Shown here one piece after another: positions 36,501 to 51,409 of a DNA stretch of 64,000 nucleotides; position 1 is the stretch's first letter; each line of letters begins with the position of its first letter. Position numbers and translations under genes: made by a program. The notes beneath the pieces were generated by a model. The model was not told the DNA's origin and searched no databases. It saw only the letters and a list, made by a program, of their open reading frames with translations. This stretch comes from Podarcis cretensis. Lineage: Eukaryota. The stretch spans positions 73,284,001 to 73,348,000 of the forward strand of contig OX638153.1 of assembly GCA_951804945.1 (NCBI GenBank), read 5' to 3'.

Positions 36501-39500
36501 TTTTTCAGTGTGGGTAGAGCTGCCTGTTAAAGATGAGTGGTCTTTCCTCAAACCACTTAATTCCCATCCATTTTACACAGTGCAGCAGTAACTTGCCATA
36601 TGTTAATTATAGGGAGAAAGGAAGAAGTTGCTGCATGTGGGATCTTTGAAATTACCAGAAAATATAATGGTTTTGTAATATAAAAATGGAAATTCCTGGA
36701 AGAAAGAAGAACCTACGTAGAGCCTGCTGAATCAGGCCAGTAGCCTGTCTAGTCCAGCATCCTGCTCACACTGGCCAAGCAGGTGCCTTTAGGAAGCCTG
36801 GAAACACCTGCCCACCTGCAATTCCCAACAACTTGTAGAACAAGCAGCTGTTGATAGCCTTGTCCTCCATGAACTTATCTTAATAGTCTGTTAAAGCCAT
36901 CCAAGTTGGTGGCCATCACTGCTTTCTGTTGGAACCAGCTCCATTGTTTTAAGTATGAAGAAATACTTTCGTTTATCTGTCCTCAATCATCCAAGGTTCA
37001 GCTTCAGTGGATGTCCACGAGTAGTGGTGCTATGAACAGAGTTTGAAATTAGCAGGGTGCCAGGCACATTTTGCACCTAAAGAGTCTCCATTTGCGAGCT
37101 CCTCCAAAAGTCTGGGTGCCTTTTTTTGTGCCTGGCTGACATTCAAGGATTACTGAAATGTATGTGATTTGAAGCTTTGAAGTCTATGTTAAGGACAGAC
37201 AGTATGTTGAGTTTAACAAAAAAGAGTAGAGTGTTTTGAAAACTGAAGTATGGTACCAATATTTTTATTGTAAACACAAAAATAAACAGGTAGTAACAAT
37301 TTCTGCTAAAAATGTGATATTAACAATGTGTCCCTTGTGTGAATTGTGTATTAATTCATGCTTATCAAAATAATAAATAAAAAGTGTTGCTTCCACAACC
37401 CAGGTGCCATTTGGCTCCTAGTTTTTCTATTCCAGTTTCTAACACTGGTTATGAGAGAAGGAGAAAAACTCTTCTCTATCCATGCTAAAGCTGCTTCAGC
37501 AAGCCTTGTTCTTCTGTATGTTCGGCTATTTTATCTTTAACAATACTTTCCACCAGTTTTCCTAGGGCACACATAGCTAACCAGCCTGTAATTTCCAGGA
37601 TCTCCTCTAAATCCCATTTTAAAAATTGGTGTTATATTGGCAGTCCTCTGGTATAGAGGCTGATTATGAGGGACAAGTTACATATTTTTTGTTAAAGGTT
37701 CAGCAATTTCACATCTGAGTTCTTTGGGTGGATGCCATCTGGACCCAGCAATTTGTCAGCTTTTATTTTGTCTTTTAGGCCTAGAACTTCTTCTTTTATC
37801 AGCCACTATCTGCCTCAGTTCCTCAGACTCCCTTCCTGCAAAAGTTAGTTCAGGCACTGGGATCTGCCCCATGTCTTCTGTTGTGAAGGCAGATAGTTAT
37901 CAGATTACAGGCATTGGTTCTGGAATCTTCTAGAAATAATTTCTTAACAGCATTGTAAAAGATCTAAGTAAATTTGGCACAAATTTGGAGAATACTATGT
38001 TTTGAGACTTGACACTGAACACATGACATCTCATGAAATGAGTACTTCATTTAGGCATTAGCAGGGTATCCCAACTACTTTATGAATGCCATAAAGACAC
38101 CATAAATAATAAAATTGTAGGTCTTTATAGTTAAAATAATAGTAGGTGATAGCTAATAAACATGGGTGGAGCCTGGCCCATGACTCTGTCTTACGTTATT
38201 CAGCCAGGTCATCTGCTTGCTGAGGAATACAGTTAACTTACATCGGCAATAAACTTTTCCATTCTTCAGCAATCAGTTAAAAGTTATTTTTAGAAAGGGG
38301 CTTATAGCACTTAGTTTTTCTGGTAGAGCATAGTGAAACATAATTCTGCTTGATTATAAGATAAAAGAATATCACTTGTGCCAATCCATACTTTTCTTGT
38401 CTAAACAGGCAAACATAGTTGGTGCTTAACCTGCAAAATGGGATTAAGAACCTGGTTTTGATTCTGTTTTGCTACATAACAGGATTGGAGTTATTAATTT
38501 CCTCATGCAATAGGATGAAGCACATAAAACCAAAGCTCCCTAGGCCTTGTTCTTTTAATGCTAAACCTTTTGCAGCATTAGGGCAATAGAATTCTCATAG
38601 TCTGACAGTCTATCCCATGTGTAAGGTGGCATGGTCTTCATTGGGAGTGTTGCCCTCTGCAGTGCACTAAACTTAATGTTTCAAGGCTTTGACCCTTTGG
38701 TGTAGTAATTTCCCTCAAACTTATGTTATATCTAGGATGACTGGGACTATGTGTGCCAACCTTTTCTGCAATACAAATTCTTAGAAATATTGATGCCCCT
38801 ATGATGCATGTGTAAGCTAGTTGTGACGCTATACAAATTTATCATAGGTGTCCTTTTTTCTATTAGTTATTGTCTCCCAGAGCAGCTCACATCAGTTAAA
38901 AAGAGAGAAGGGCACTTATTAAGCCACAAAAAGAAGGTGGAGGAAAAAGGTAGGGGTGGGAGATCAGTTCTTTAAACCCACAACAAAGTGGTGAGAAATA
39001 AGTGGGCATTTATATCCTCTTGGGACCAGGCTAATCAGTATATTTTTCTTGTTTCTCTATATTTTTCTTGTTTATCGGAAATGTAATATGAGCAGTTGGG
39101 GTCATAAGTTACCGTTGAAAGATGCAGAAACTATTAAAGGGTCTCTGTAAGCAGTTGTGGTATTTAGAGCAATTCCTTACACAAATAATTGACAAGTACA
39201 ACCTTCTTACATTTTGATAAATTTATTTTTGTCTACTTAATATTTTTTATTGTGTGATACACAAAAGTTGTTCCCATTACAGTATTTGCAAAGGAATAAA
39301 CTGCTGCAGATGAAGAGATACTATGCCATAATGAATTACTATGCTCACAAAACAGGAGTGAGGCAGTTCCTGTAGAAATAGAATAGAATGTAATCAAGTA
39401 AAATGAAAGTGGTATAGAGGGAATATTTAAATGTCTTATAAAGGCAGCCAAGCAAGTAATTCCTGACTGAAGTGCAATTATTATTTATGGAGTATCTAAA

Positions 39501-42500
39501 ATTGTGTTGGACTAATGCTTTCAGCTCTTGCATTTCTAGGAAGCATATATTAGCCAATAGATCAGTGACTAAGACAAAGGAATTAGGGTATTTACTGAAT
39601 ACAAGTTACTGCTTGCTTACTCAGGAACACCGTTTCAAAATCCTTCCTGTGGCAAGTTTCAGTTGTACTATAGTTCTGCTTTGTTGCTATGTCAAATTGT
39701 AAATCTAGTAATTGACTGATGCAAAATATACGTTATTCATTCATTGTATGGCATATTCTGAAATGTTCATTATCTTTATTACCAAACTGTTTTTATACAG
39801 AGTAGTCTACAGATGAATGAAATGTGACTTATTTGTATCAGACCACCTATTTTTAACTAGAAGTTATCCAAATGATCTCTGTGCCATAAGGTGGAAAATA
39901 CTGAGATACAGGGTTTTGACCAGTCTGCATAAGCAACAGTGTGCAGTTGCATCTTGAATGAAAGATAAACTGGCACTCCAGTCATTCCATACTTGCATCA
40001 ACTGTGGAAAGTGTCTTTTCTAGGAAATAGCTGGAGTGCACTTGAGGAAGTTTTCATAAATCAAAGCATGCTTTTCAGTACATTAACAACTTAGTTGCTT
40101 TAATTTAAATTGGTTCACTTTTTGCTAGGATTTGAGATATATACAGCTTATAGCTCTCTACCTGTATTATCAATTCACTTGCAAAAACCTATTGAGAATT
40201 TTCTTAAGCTTAGTGTTAATATTTGGTTTCTGGAAAGAAAATTGAATTATTGTGCCTGCCTGCCTGTACTTAGGCAGCTAGCTGTTCCTGGCCAACTTCC
40301 TGGTTTATATTAGTCAGGGTGACCCATGGGAATCCTCATTTTCGTCATTGCTGTTAAATGCAGACTGGCAACAACAGTCTGCATGCAAAATCCCAGCTTC
40401 TTTGCATTTGCTAGGAGGGAAGTAATGTAACAGATAAGAAATAGATGCCTTTATCCCTGAATACATTTATTCAGCTTTATGCAACAATTGTCCTATCTCA
40501 ATGAACTGAGCAACCACTTGGCCTCCTGCTCTAATATATGGGACACGGGTGGCGCTGTGGTCTAAACCACAGAGCCCAGGGCTTGCCAATCAGAAGGTTG
40601 GCGGTTTGAATCCCTGCAGCAGGGTGAGCTCCCGTTGTTTGGTCCCAGCTCCTGCCCACCTAGCAGTTCAAAAGCATGTCAAAGTGCAAGTAGATAAATA
40701 GGTACTGTTCCGGCGGGGAGGTAAATGGCATTTCCGTGTGCTGCTCTGGTTCGCCAGAAGTGGCTTAGTCATGCTGGCCACATGACCTGGAAGCTGTCTG
40801 TGGACAAACGCCAGCTTCCTCAGCCTATAGAGCGAGATGAGCGCGCAACCCCAAAGTCATCTGCTACTGGACCTAACGGTCAGGGGTACCTTTACCTTTA
40901 TCGCAATGAACTGAGCAACCACTTGGCCTCATGCTGTAATATTTACATTCTAAAAAAACACATTTTAAAGTCCTGTGGATCTCCTTATGTGTTGCCATTA
41001 TTGCCAAAAGGCCTTTTGTGTCCCCAATTTTAAATTTATCCATTAAAAAAAGTTTTAGGTTTTTTTAAAAAAACAACATTTTTTCTTACAGACCACTCCC
41101 ATGATGTGATTCTGTGATGTCAAAAGGCTTTTGTGTGCTCCCCTCAACACCAAATCTGTGTCCTTTTTAAAAAACGGCCATTAGCATCCTCTTCTAGAAA
41201 GCCATAACCAGTTTGAAAACTGTATGGTTTGTTTTGGGAACCTTTTTGTACCAAATTATATATATTGGACTAGATTGCATCTTTCAATTAATCAGTTGTA
41301 TTAATTTAGGCATTCAAGGTCTTGAAATACAAATAAAAATTTAGATGCATTTTTACAGAAATGTATGTAAAGTTTGAAACAAAACCCCTCAATTAAAGAT
41401 GTAATTTGTAAAGTGCAGATTTTTATTTGGGGAAACATCTGTTGTAAACTGTTTTAGGGGCCTTTGTTTGGGTTGAAATGCAGGATAAATAACTGAACTT
41501 CTGTGATATGTTTTGGTGATACTATCTTACACAATTACACTGTCGAGAAACGGATTAAGATTTATGAAAAGCACTGATATGCACACCACTAAATTCTTAA
41601 GCACAATGCTTATTCAGCTTCTTGATATAAATAGTTGCTATTGTAGAGGAGCTAAATGGCCTTGCAGGTATGCATAGTAGGATCAGATTACTGTGTCTCA
41701 ATGCACACCTATAAATGTTTACTCCGAAAGTAACCTGGTTGAACCCAGTGGGACTTAACTCCTTGGTAAGTGTATGTATGCACTGTTTATATGAATTAAA
41801 TGATCAAGTTTAAATTGATTTAACCTAATACTGTATTGTGTTTCCTTCACAAGGTGTGTAAACAGATTTGGCTAGGATTATTTGATGATAGATCATCAGC
41901 AATTCCAGACTTCAGGGATCCTCAAAAGGTCAAGGAATTCTTACAAGAAAAATATGAAAAGAAAAGATGGTCAGTACACACCTTATTTTGCTAGTATTTT
42001 AAAACACCTTTTTTGTTGCTAAAATTGGTGTTTCTTAATTTTGTTAGTATAACTATCATTTAAGTATATACATGCTTTTATCTGTACAGTAGTACCTCAG
42101 GTTACATACGCTTGAGGTTACAGACTCCGCTAACTCAGAAATAGTACCTCGGGTTAAGAACTTTGCTTCAGAATGAGAACAAAAATCGTGCTCTGGCAGT
42201 GCAGCAGCAGCAGGAGGCCCCATTAGCTAAAGTGGTGCTTCAGGTTAAGAACAGTTTCAGGTTAAGAACGGACCTCCGGTACGAATTAAGTACTTAACCC
42301 GAGGTACCACTGTATTGTTATTTACTTTGTCTGGATGCTTTGCAGGAAGATAGCCTCCCATGATTCATTTGTAATTGCCAAATCTTGATCACTATCTTAG
42401 AGATTATTCCTCTCGGGGCCCCTGAAACTACTTCCTCTTCTCCATTATTATTATGATGTTTCATTGGGCTTGGGCTAGCATGAGGGTTGGCACTATTCCC

Positions 42501-45500
42501 AAAGAATACAAAACAATTGTTCCTGACCACAAGGAGCAATATTGAGGGTAAGACTGGACAATGGAAAATTTGCCAGGAAGCAATTCTTGTGGCAGAGGGG
42601 CATGTGTTCTCTTTTTGTAATAACTTTCAGGCAGGCTTGTTGACAGTGCCTATGATTGACTAAGCCAGTCTGTAGGTACTGGACAGAAGCAGGAGGAAGG
42701 TTAAGACTGCAAATTCAAATCCCAGTGATGGGACTTTTTGGAGGAGAGGCGACATAGCTCAGTGGTAGAGCATCTGATTTACATGCAGAAGGCCCCAGGT
42801 TCATTACCTACCACCTCCAGTTAAGGCAGGAAATGTCTCCCTTCTGAAACAATGGAGAGCCTCTCCCAGCCAGGATAAACCTAGCTAGCTGAACCAGTGG
42901 TCTTCTGTAGCATGAGACAGCTTCCTTTCCCCACTACTTATGTGGCAAAATAATTTATTACATACATATTGCTTCCACAAAGGTGGAAAACATGACAAAA
43001 GCATACTCTTTCGTAGGTGTACGTGAAGTTAAAGAGATGTACAGGTTTACTGTATATTCAACGAACACTGGATTTTCCTCGATGAAATAGACACTGATGT
43101 GGGAAACAGTCTTGTATCAGCAGACCTTGGGGATACTTCAGTTTGGGATTAAAAATGTCAGTAGCATTAATTGAGAATTTAGTTTGTTTAGTGTACCATT
43201 CAATGCATTCCTTAAAGTTTAGTATGCTGCCAAAATATTGTAAATTTTATAACACATTCCCAAATGTGCGGCATGTTTGATTTGCTCTTCTTGAGGTTAG
43301 TGCACCTTAGTAGCAGTTGACATAAACATTAAGAGCTGTACAGTTACAGAATTTGTACTTGAAACTGTTAGATGATATTGCCCACTGCCTCTATTCATTA
43401 ATGCCTTATACTCTTAAGACCAGGACTGGCAGGTTATCAGTGTATTTGAGATGGATTCTAGGGCAGACAACTGCTGGTAGTAGCTTACTGGAATTGAATT
43501 GAAATAGTCTTGCAAAATAACTGTTCTACTCTGGGGTCTCTTGTCATGACTGCTATGGGGAGATTTGTTGAAACTGTTTTTGCATGGCGGCTGTTCTGTA
43601 TTGTAAGCTGCTATAGTGCAGTGGTTCCCAACCTCACCACCCCCTTGGGCACTTGAAAATTGCTGTTCTTGACAGACCACTTAATGATTTTTCTGCCCAA
43701 TTTAGCAGTTGTAATGTACTGTGTTAGATGCTATATGATATTTAATTTTATTTTTATTGCTGCTTTTGTTTCTTACAGTATTTTATTACAGTTTGAATTC
43801 CATAAAATTCCAATTTTAATACCATGTAAGAAATAAAAGCCATAATATACAATTAGAAATCAATATACGTATTTAAAGGAATGACTTTGCCACCTCCCAT
43901 CTTCAGCCACAAATCCACAGACACACCAAGACCACCTGAATGAAGCTCATTCAGTGGCCTGTGGACCACACTTTGGGAACCCCTGCTATAGTGCTTGAAA
44001 AAGTAACTTTGGGTTCTCTTTCTGCTAACAAGATATATTGGGACTGTGTCTATTAAATTTGTAATATATATTTGTCTTAGGTATGTTCCACCAGAACAAG
44101 CAAAAGTTGTGGCATCTGTCCATGCATCTATATCTGGCTCCTCTGCTAGTAGTACAAGTAGTACTCCAGAAGTCAAGCCACTTAAATCTCTTCTGGGAGA
44201 GTCTGCACCGGCACTGCACTTAAATAAGAGCACACCTACACAAGTGAGTAGAGGAGCAAAAACTGTTCTTTCATACCCTACAGTTCTCCTGAATTTCTGA
44301 TTTTTCCTCCTACTCTCATTTCTTTTAGCCATGCTGAATCTCAGCCAGCCTTATTGCTTGCTCAGCACTCGTATCTCTTCTCTCAGATATTTCGATCATA
44401 TAACTGCTATTCTGTCTGGCTGCATTAGCTGCCTGTATATTCCCAGGCCTAATTGAATATGCTCATTTAAACTTGCAAAGCCTTACATGGCTCAGGACTC
44501 CAATATTTAACAGAATGCCTCTCCTGCTATGAACCCAACCATACTCTTAAGTCAATATTTGAGGCCCTACAGTTACCCCCTCTGAGAGAGGTTCAGAGCA
44601 TGATGACAAAGGGCCTTTATAGCAGTGGACATTTGTCTGTGGAATGCTCTCTCTAGCTAGGCATTCCTGGCACCAAGTTTGTTATTCTTTCTGTGCCAGG
44701 TCAAAACCTTCCTCTACTCGCAGAGAGTTGGAGGGATGGAATGGTTGCACAGATCCCTTAGTGCATTATCAGATAGAATAACTTGATCTGGGTGAAAAGT
44801 AAAATGGTGTGTCCTTCTACATCAGGAATAAAACCTTGGATTAATCTCTCTTCATGTTTGTTTAGCCAACTTTAACTTGTTGTTTACAGTCTCCTGTTGT
44901 AAATCGATCTCAAGGACAGTCACAAGAAAAGAAACAGTTTGATCTTCTCTCTGACCTTGGTTCAGACATATTTGCTGCTCCTGCTCCTCATTCCACAGCT
45001 ACAGCGAATTTTGCTAATTTTGCACATTTCAACAGTCATACAGGTAATAGTCTTTTCCATTCCTGGATTTGTTACTGATAACTGATATTGAAATCCAGTC
45101 CCTACAAATGCACATCGTATAGTTTTGTTTGGTTTTTTAAAAAAAGTATTTGCCCAATTTGCTTCAATAAGAATGGTTAAATTTTCCACTTAGCTGTTAC
45201 ACTGAAATTGCCACTTTCCCTTTACTGTTAAATGTAAGCAGGAAACTTAGTCTGAAAAACTGGACTGATTGGCCTGTCTTAATTCTGAAATAACTGGCAA
45301 AATGGCAGTCCCTCACCATTATGAAAATCTTATTTATTGAAATTGTGCACTATTTATTGATTTAAACATCTGGCCCTTCCAATCTATTATCTTAGGATCA
45401 TAAATTGATAATTTAGTACTGGTAGTATAGCTTATATGGAATACCAAATCTAGAATTAAATTGTTCATAGTGTTTTGCATACATTCTCTCAATAATCCTT

Positions 45501-48500
45501 ACCACAGCCTTGTAAGGTAGGTCATTATTCTTACATTGCAAAGGGAAGGTTGAAAGGATAACATACTGAGTAGCCTGATAATCAAGCACTTGACAGTTTA
45601 TATAATTGAATATATTATACCAGCTCTCAGTTTATTCGTTCACTTCTGTTTATGCAAATAGTTGTGTATGGGAAATGAGTACTGTTGGTTGTGTTTTAAG
45701 CAAATGTGGCATTCTGTGGTGAGTGGCCTTTACAGAACGGGTGGAGAGCTGCCAGACCTTGAGCCAGATCAGGCCTATATCGTATCTGGATCCTTTCTGC
45801 ATGGCCCAACCCCATGCTTGTTTAATTCATATGTCCTGATTGCAGAGGGAGACAGGTGACCTGGAGAATTGCTCCGTCCCTCTTCCAGCAGCTTGCTCTG
45901 CTTCTGTGCTGTCAGTAGAGGAAGAGAAGCTTCTTCATCACTGGTCATCAAGGAAAGTGAGCAGTAAGCACAGAATGCATAGTAACTGCTTGGGATTTCT
46001 AATCCCATGCTGATTATCGGGAATTCCCTCTCAGGACTTCCCTCTTCCTCTTCCATTCTCTTTGTGTGTATGTGTGAGAAATTAAATATATGGATCGTAG
46101 GTCAATTGGGTACAATTTTCTAAATGAATGCTTGTCTGACTGCCTGCATTTTGGTCTGGCCACTGCTTGCATGTATTTTCCAACACCCCTGTGGGATTTT
46201 GACTCAGAAGCATGGAGGTTGGATGAAAGGAGCAGAGTAAGCAATGAACTGAGAGAAGAACCAGGAGGGAAGGATAGGTGGAGATTATGCATGAGGAGAA
46301 AACAATGTGCTTTGTGGCAGAAGGAGAGAGGAGTGCATATCAGACTTATGAAAAGTCAGGGCAGTTAAAAGGAGTAACAAATAATGCAGGGACCAAAGGA
46401 AAATAAAGCTGGATACTTTCTGCTGAAGAAAGAAGCAATGGTGCATGATTGATGGAAGGGAAGAGGCAAGAAAAGCTTTGAGGGCTGGAAACTAGAATTG
46501 AGAGTGCCAAGGGTGATAAAAGTTTTCCAAGTCCAGACCCTGATGGGAATTCTATGAACTCTGTTTTCTATTGTTACTGAACCTCTGTGATCTGGCAGTC
46601 TAAAGGAACAACAGAAAGAGGTGCTGAATTTCAGAGTGGTTTCAACTCACTAGTTAACTCTTTGATTGCATGCTTCTGGAAGTGATTATAGGAACAATAT
46701 ATTCAAACTTTGATTAACCTTGTTGCGTCTATGGACAACTTTGTAATGTGTGCACTTTGTTACTTGCCTTACATTCTCAATATTGTAAAGTGATGGAAAT
46801 ACTAAAAATCCTAATTTCTTTTGGCCCAATATTTGACAGTGTTGTTTGCCCTTCCTTTTGGATTTTTCTCTTAAAATTTATATTGGCTGTCTTGTCTTCT
46901 TTTATGGCTCAGTAACTTCTCAAAGGCCAGGACCCAGAGAGCTGCCTTAGGTGAGCTCAATGGGCTTGTGTATACCCAGTGGGGTTACTGACTTTCCATG
47001 GCATATTGCACAATGCTTATGAAGCTCCTTCACAGTTTCAAGAGCTATTTTTTTGTGGCATGGATATTTTCTGTTCAAGAAACACCAAAAGCCTTGGGTG
47101 CACAGAACTTGCAGCCTGCTTTGTACGTCAGCCAAAATGTTGTAAGATCACCATGATACAAGATGAAGCTGTCTTAAATGGATACCATAGTAGCAGTGAA
47201 CAAAGATCCAACTGGCCCATCGCTCTATCCAACAGAGACCAGGAGTATAGTATTGCAATATGATGACATCCTAAAAGAACTCCAAATTGTGTGAGCTGGA
47301 ATTTGATAGCTGTTTTTGTATTTTAAAAAAAGTGCAACTTATTTATTATCAATACAAAAAATGTGTGTTTGGAGGTAGTGTGATCAGCAGAAGTGATCTT
47401 TTCTGTGTTGCGGACCAGCATGAGGGACAAACATCAGTTCTATGTATCTTGCACAGATCCCATGGAAATAACTATATTCCCATTTGGAGGTTATGTTTTC
47501 AAAATTATTTGTCCCATACTTCATAAGTGACAATTTATGTCAGTGGCATGTTTGAGGTGCAGCTTTGCTACCCTCAAAGCCTGCCATAATCTGATTCAGT
47601 TTATGACCTATTTTTTGTTTTCATACCATTAACATGTTTTGTTCATTTGCAATTTACAGCGCAGAACTCTGCAAATGCAGGTTTTGCAAACTTTGATGCA
47701 TTTGGACAGTCTAGTGGTTCGAGTAATTTTGGTGGTTTCCCCACAGCAAGTCAGTCTGCTTTTCAGCACCAAAATACAGGTAGAAATGCTCTAACATTGT
47801 TAGCTTTCTTAATGTAAACTAATCTGGACACAATTTAGAATATCTTAACTCTTTTCTTCATCTAGTTGTCTTAACACACACACTTTGAAGCTCTGGGGAA
47901 ACCTGTAATGAATGCTGCCTTTTGTTTGGTGTGGATTGTGCTTTTTTCTCGCATGAAGTTTTTGCCCTGTAGCTTCTTAATTATCCCTACACATGAAATA
48001 TTTGTGTCGTGTTTGTTGGCACTGTACAATATTGGCTAAATTAAAAAATACTGCTTTCCATATTCCAAGTTGGTGATAAATACTCTGCAACTAGAGAAGA
48101 AACTAATTTAATGTAACACAAGTACATTACTCGATCACGAAAAAAAAAAATCTCATGTGTAAGGGCTACTGCTTTGCTTTTTCTTTAATTTTGGTCATGT
48201 TGTATAATGTTTGCTTGTCTTGATCTATGGCTGACGTATTTTCTTTTTTCCTTTTCCTTTTTTAAGTGTGTTGTCTTAAGATTTTCTTTTAAAATTTTGT
48301 TTTTCCCTTTTGTTAACTTTAACCCCTCACACAATTTCTGGCTGTCCAGCGTTCAGAACGCTTTCATCTAGCTGCAGTTTTGGTGAATTTACTACTTCCG
48401 CTTTCCCTCTCCAGGCTGTGCGCAGTAAGTTCCACCAAGGTGGGAAACTCAGCTCACTTCATTTACAATTCCTTTTTTTTCCTTTTCATTTTCATGTCAA

Positions 48501-50848
48501 GCTTTTCATTAGCCATTGAATTAAAAGATGTTAGCTTGTAGTTTACTAGAGCAGCACTTGATTGAGACCTCCTAATATAAACGGTTGGAGTCAAAGTTAA
48601 AATGGTTTTCTTTTTCCTGCAAATTGAAAATGTCACCGAATTTATGAGAATCTAATAACTTAAGGATAGCTATATAAAACCTGGTCAGTATCTCATAATT
48701 GGAGTTTTGAGGTATTAAGGATGGAAATTTTAATGACAAATTTTGTGGAACCCACACAAACTGATCTCTCAAATGTTGTCATGAGTCAGGTCACCCAAGA
48801 TGTATGGCAGTTTCTTGTGAGGAAGGAGGCTGTATATCCTGTTACCTTCACCAGTGGAATCAGATATTCGTCAGTAGTTAAGGACCACTTGGTGGCAGCC
48901 TTTGAGTGGAATCTCTTCCAGTTTAAATTTGAAAACATTAAATGCATGGTTGTCACAGGTACTGATGTGGATTTTATTTTATTTTTAAAATGTGGTGCAC
49001 ACTCCTTCTACGCTCTTCAGCTATCTTTGTTCGTCAAAGATAGCAATAGGATGTGGGGTGCCCACAACAGTAGTCCCTGGGAAGAAAGAAATTAAGGTCA
49101 TAGTAAAGCCTCAGGATCCTTTGTGTTTACTTAACTTGATATTTCTGCTTCCCTGTCAGAAATAATAAAACTATGGTTAGTCAAACAAATTCTTATTTAA
49201 CTAAATTTGCAGCAGGAGATACAATACTAAAATACTTGCTGCTTATGTGAATCATTGAGGTTAGCCTTGTTGAGACACCTACTCTTGCAGCACTCTGCTA
49301 TAGCACTGGTAAGCTAGGGCTTTTAGATTTTGGAAATAAAAACCGGCTATTTTAACCAAGGGAAGACCTGGCCATAGGAGAGGCTTCTTGAAATTTGTGA
49401 CCCTTTAAACATATCCGCACATGGCCACCAATAGTATTTGAAGAGACATTCATTGAGCTTGAAAGTATCCATCATGTTTAACTTATTTTGTTACAGGTGG
49501 GAGCGCTGGATCAGTGAATGCTAACTTTGCACACTTTGATAACTTCCCCAAATCCTCCAGTGCTGATTTTGGAGCCTTCAGTGCTTCTCAGAGCAACACA
49601 ACTGCAGCCAGTAAAGCTGCAGTGAATAAACCGAACCTCCAGTCAGCAGATAAATATGCAGCTCTTGCTAATTTAGATAATATCTTCAGCACAGGGCAAG
49701 GTACTAATTCTTATTCTTTGACCTGTTCTCTTACACTATTTATCTTGGCAGTAGTGGTGTTCTGTTATGTTCTAGTAGACATTTATTTATGAAACGTTTA
49801 TAGACTACCTTTTGGCCCCCTTAAGGGCTCCCAAGGCAGTTTGCATTAAAAAAACAACCCCAAACCCCCTAAAATCTTGATACAATAAAAAAATGAGAAC
49901 AGTAAAACCATTATTAAAACAAATGAAAAAACAATAGACAGCAAAATAAAAACTAAAAATAAATAGTCTGATGAAATTAAAATGTTTTGTTTACTTAAAA
50001 TGTTTCTGAATGCTATACACCATATAAACTGATAGCCTATTGCTTGAAAATGTGATACACTGGCAGTCGTGCAAGCATTGTGGATCTGGAAAGGAAAATT
50101 AGTGCAGCAATAGTGGTCCCTACTCTATTCAGTTGTTTCCTCCATCCACACCAGGATCCAGAGCACCATTTATATTCTGTCAGTTATCTGGTGGTGTTAT
50201 GTCACTGTGTATATAGGTGATGACTCAGTTGATTTGACTGAGGACAAAGCTTCCAAGGAAATACATCTCTTTCAGTGTAGTTAATACCATCAGAGAACTC
50301 AAAATGTGGTCAAGTTGGTGATGCTAGAAATAGCGATCTTAGAACCTGAATATTTTTTTGACTTTTCTTCTACTTTCCCTGCTTATTTTTGTATCAATGT
50401 CACAATGTATTTTTGATCCACAATGCATAAAAAACCCTCTGATGCAGTTATAAAAATGAACTTGTGGAGATTTATGTGTTTCAGTTATTATATCTCATCC
50501 TTTAGAAAGGCCAAGGTAACCTTAAAGTTCACAAGGGGCCATCCAGCCAGGTTCCCTTCAAGCTTAAAAAACCAGAGTAGAAATGTCCATTCACACAGCT
50601 GCTGAATGGTCACCCGTCATTTGGAAATTTGTGCACCAAAACTGCAATTTCCAGAAATAGATGACTAGCTGACTTCATGTGGTACAATGTTCCAGAGTTT
50701 CTGTCCATCTTTTCTTCCAAGCAGGTCAGGGTAGCATAGATAATCTCTTCCCCCTGCTCCCTTGCCTCTCATTGCAACCTTGCGAGCTGGGTTGTTTAAA
50801 TTGTTTTATTGTAATTTTAACTTTGTAAGACACCCAGGTATCAATCAG

Positions 50849-50881
<33 letters not shown>

Positions 50882-51374
50882 TAATCAAAGAAAGAGGGTT
50901 GTGAAATCAGATAGAGAACTTGATGGCTGAATGGGGATATGGCAGAATAGGTCTTCCTGGTTCTAATCTGACACTACAACTACTGCATCACACTGGCTCT
51001 TGGGTCTCTCATACCCTTATAAATTCTATCGCGTTTCAAATAAAGTAGAAATATGCCTAAAGCTGAACATCTATAATAAAGGAGGTGTTTGGAATGCAGT
51101 ACAGTATTTCAAAATAAGTTTAAAGTCCTCTGTGGGATACATTTCTCATTAACCTAGAGCTATGGGTCCACTAAGAATCAGAAATACTCTATTAGCCCAA
51201 TATGATATATAAGCAAAAAAAAAAAAAAAAAAAAAAAAGGGCTTAGGGTTATAAATATATCTTAAAAATATAAAATTGCTGTATTCCTTTTATTATGCCT
51301 TCTGTTTTTTTGTGTTTGTGGACCTTGTTGTACACTGCCCTGATATTTTGTATGAGGGGTGTGGTGTATAAATA

Positions 51375-51409
<35 letters not shown>

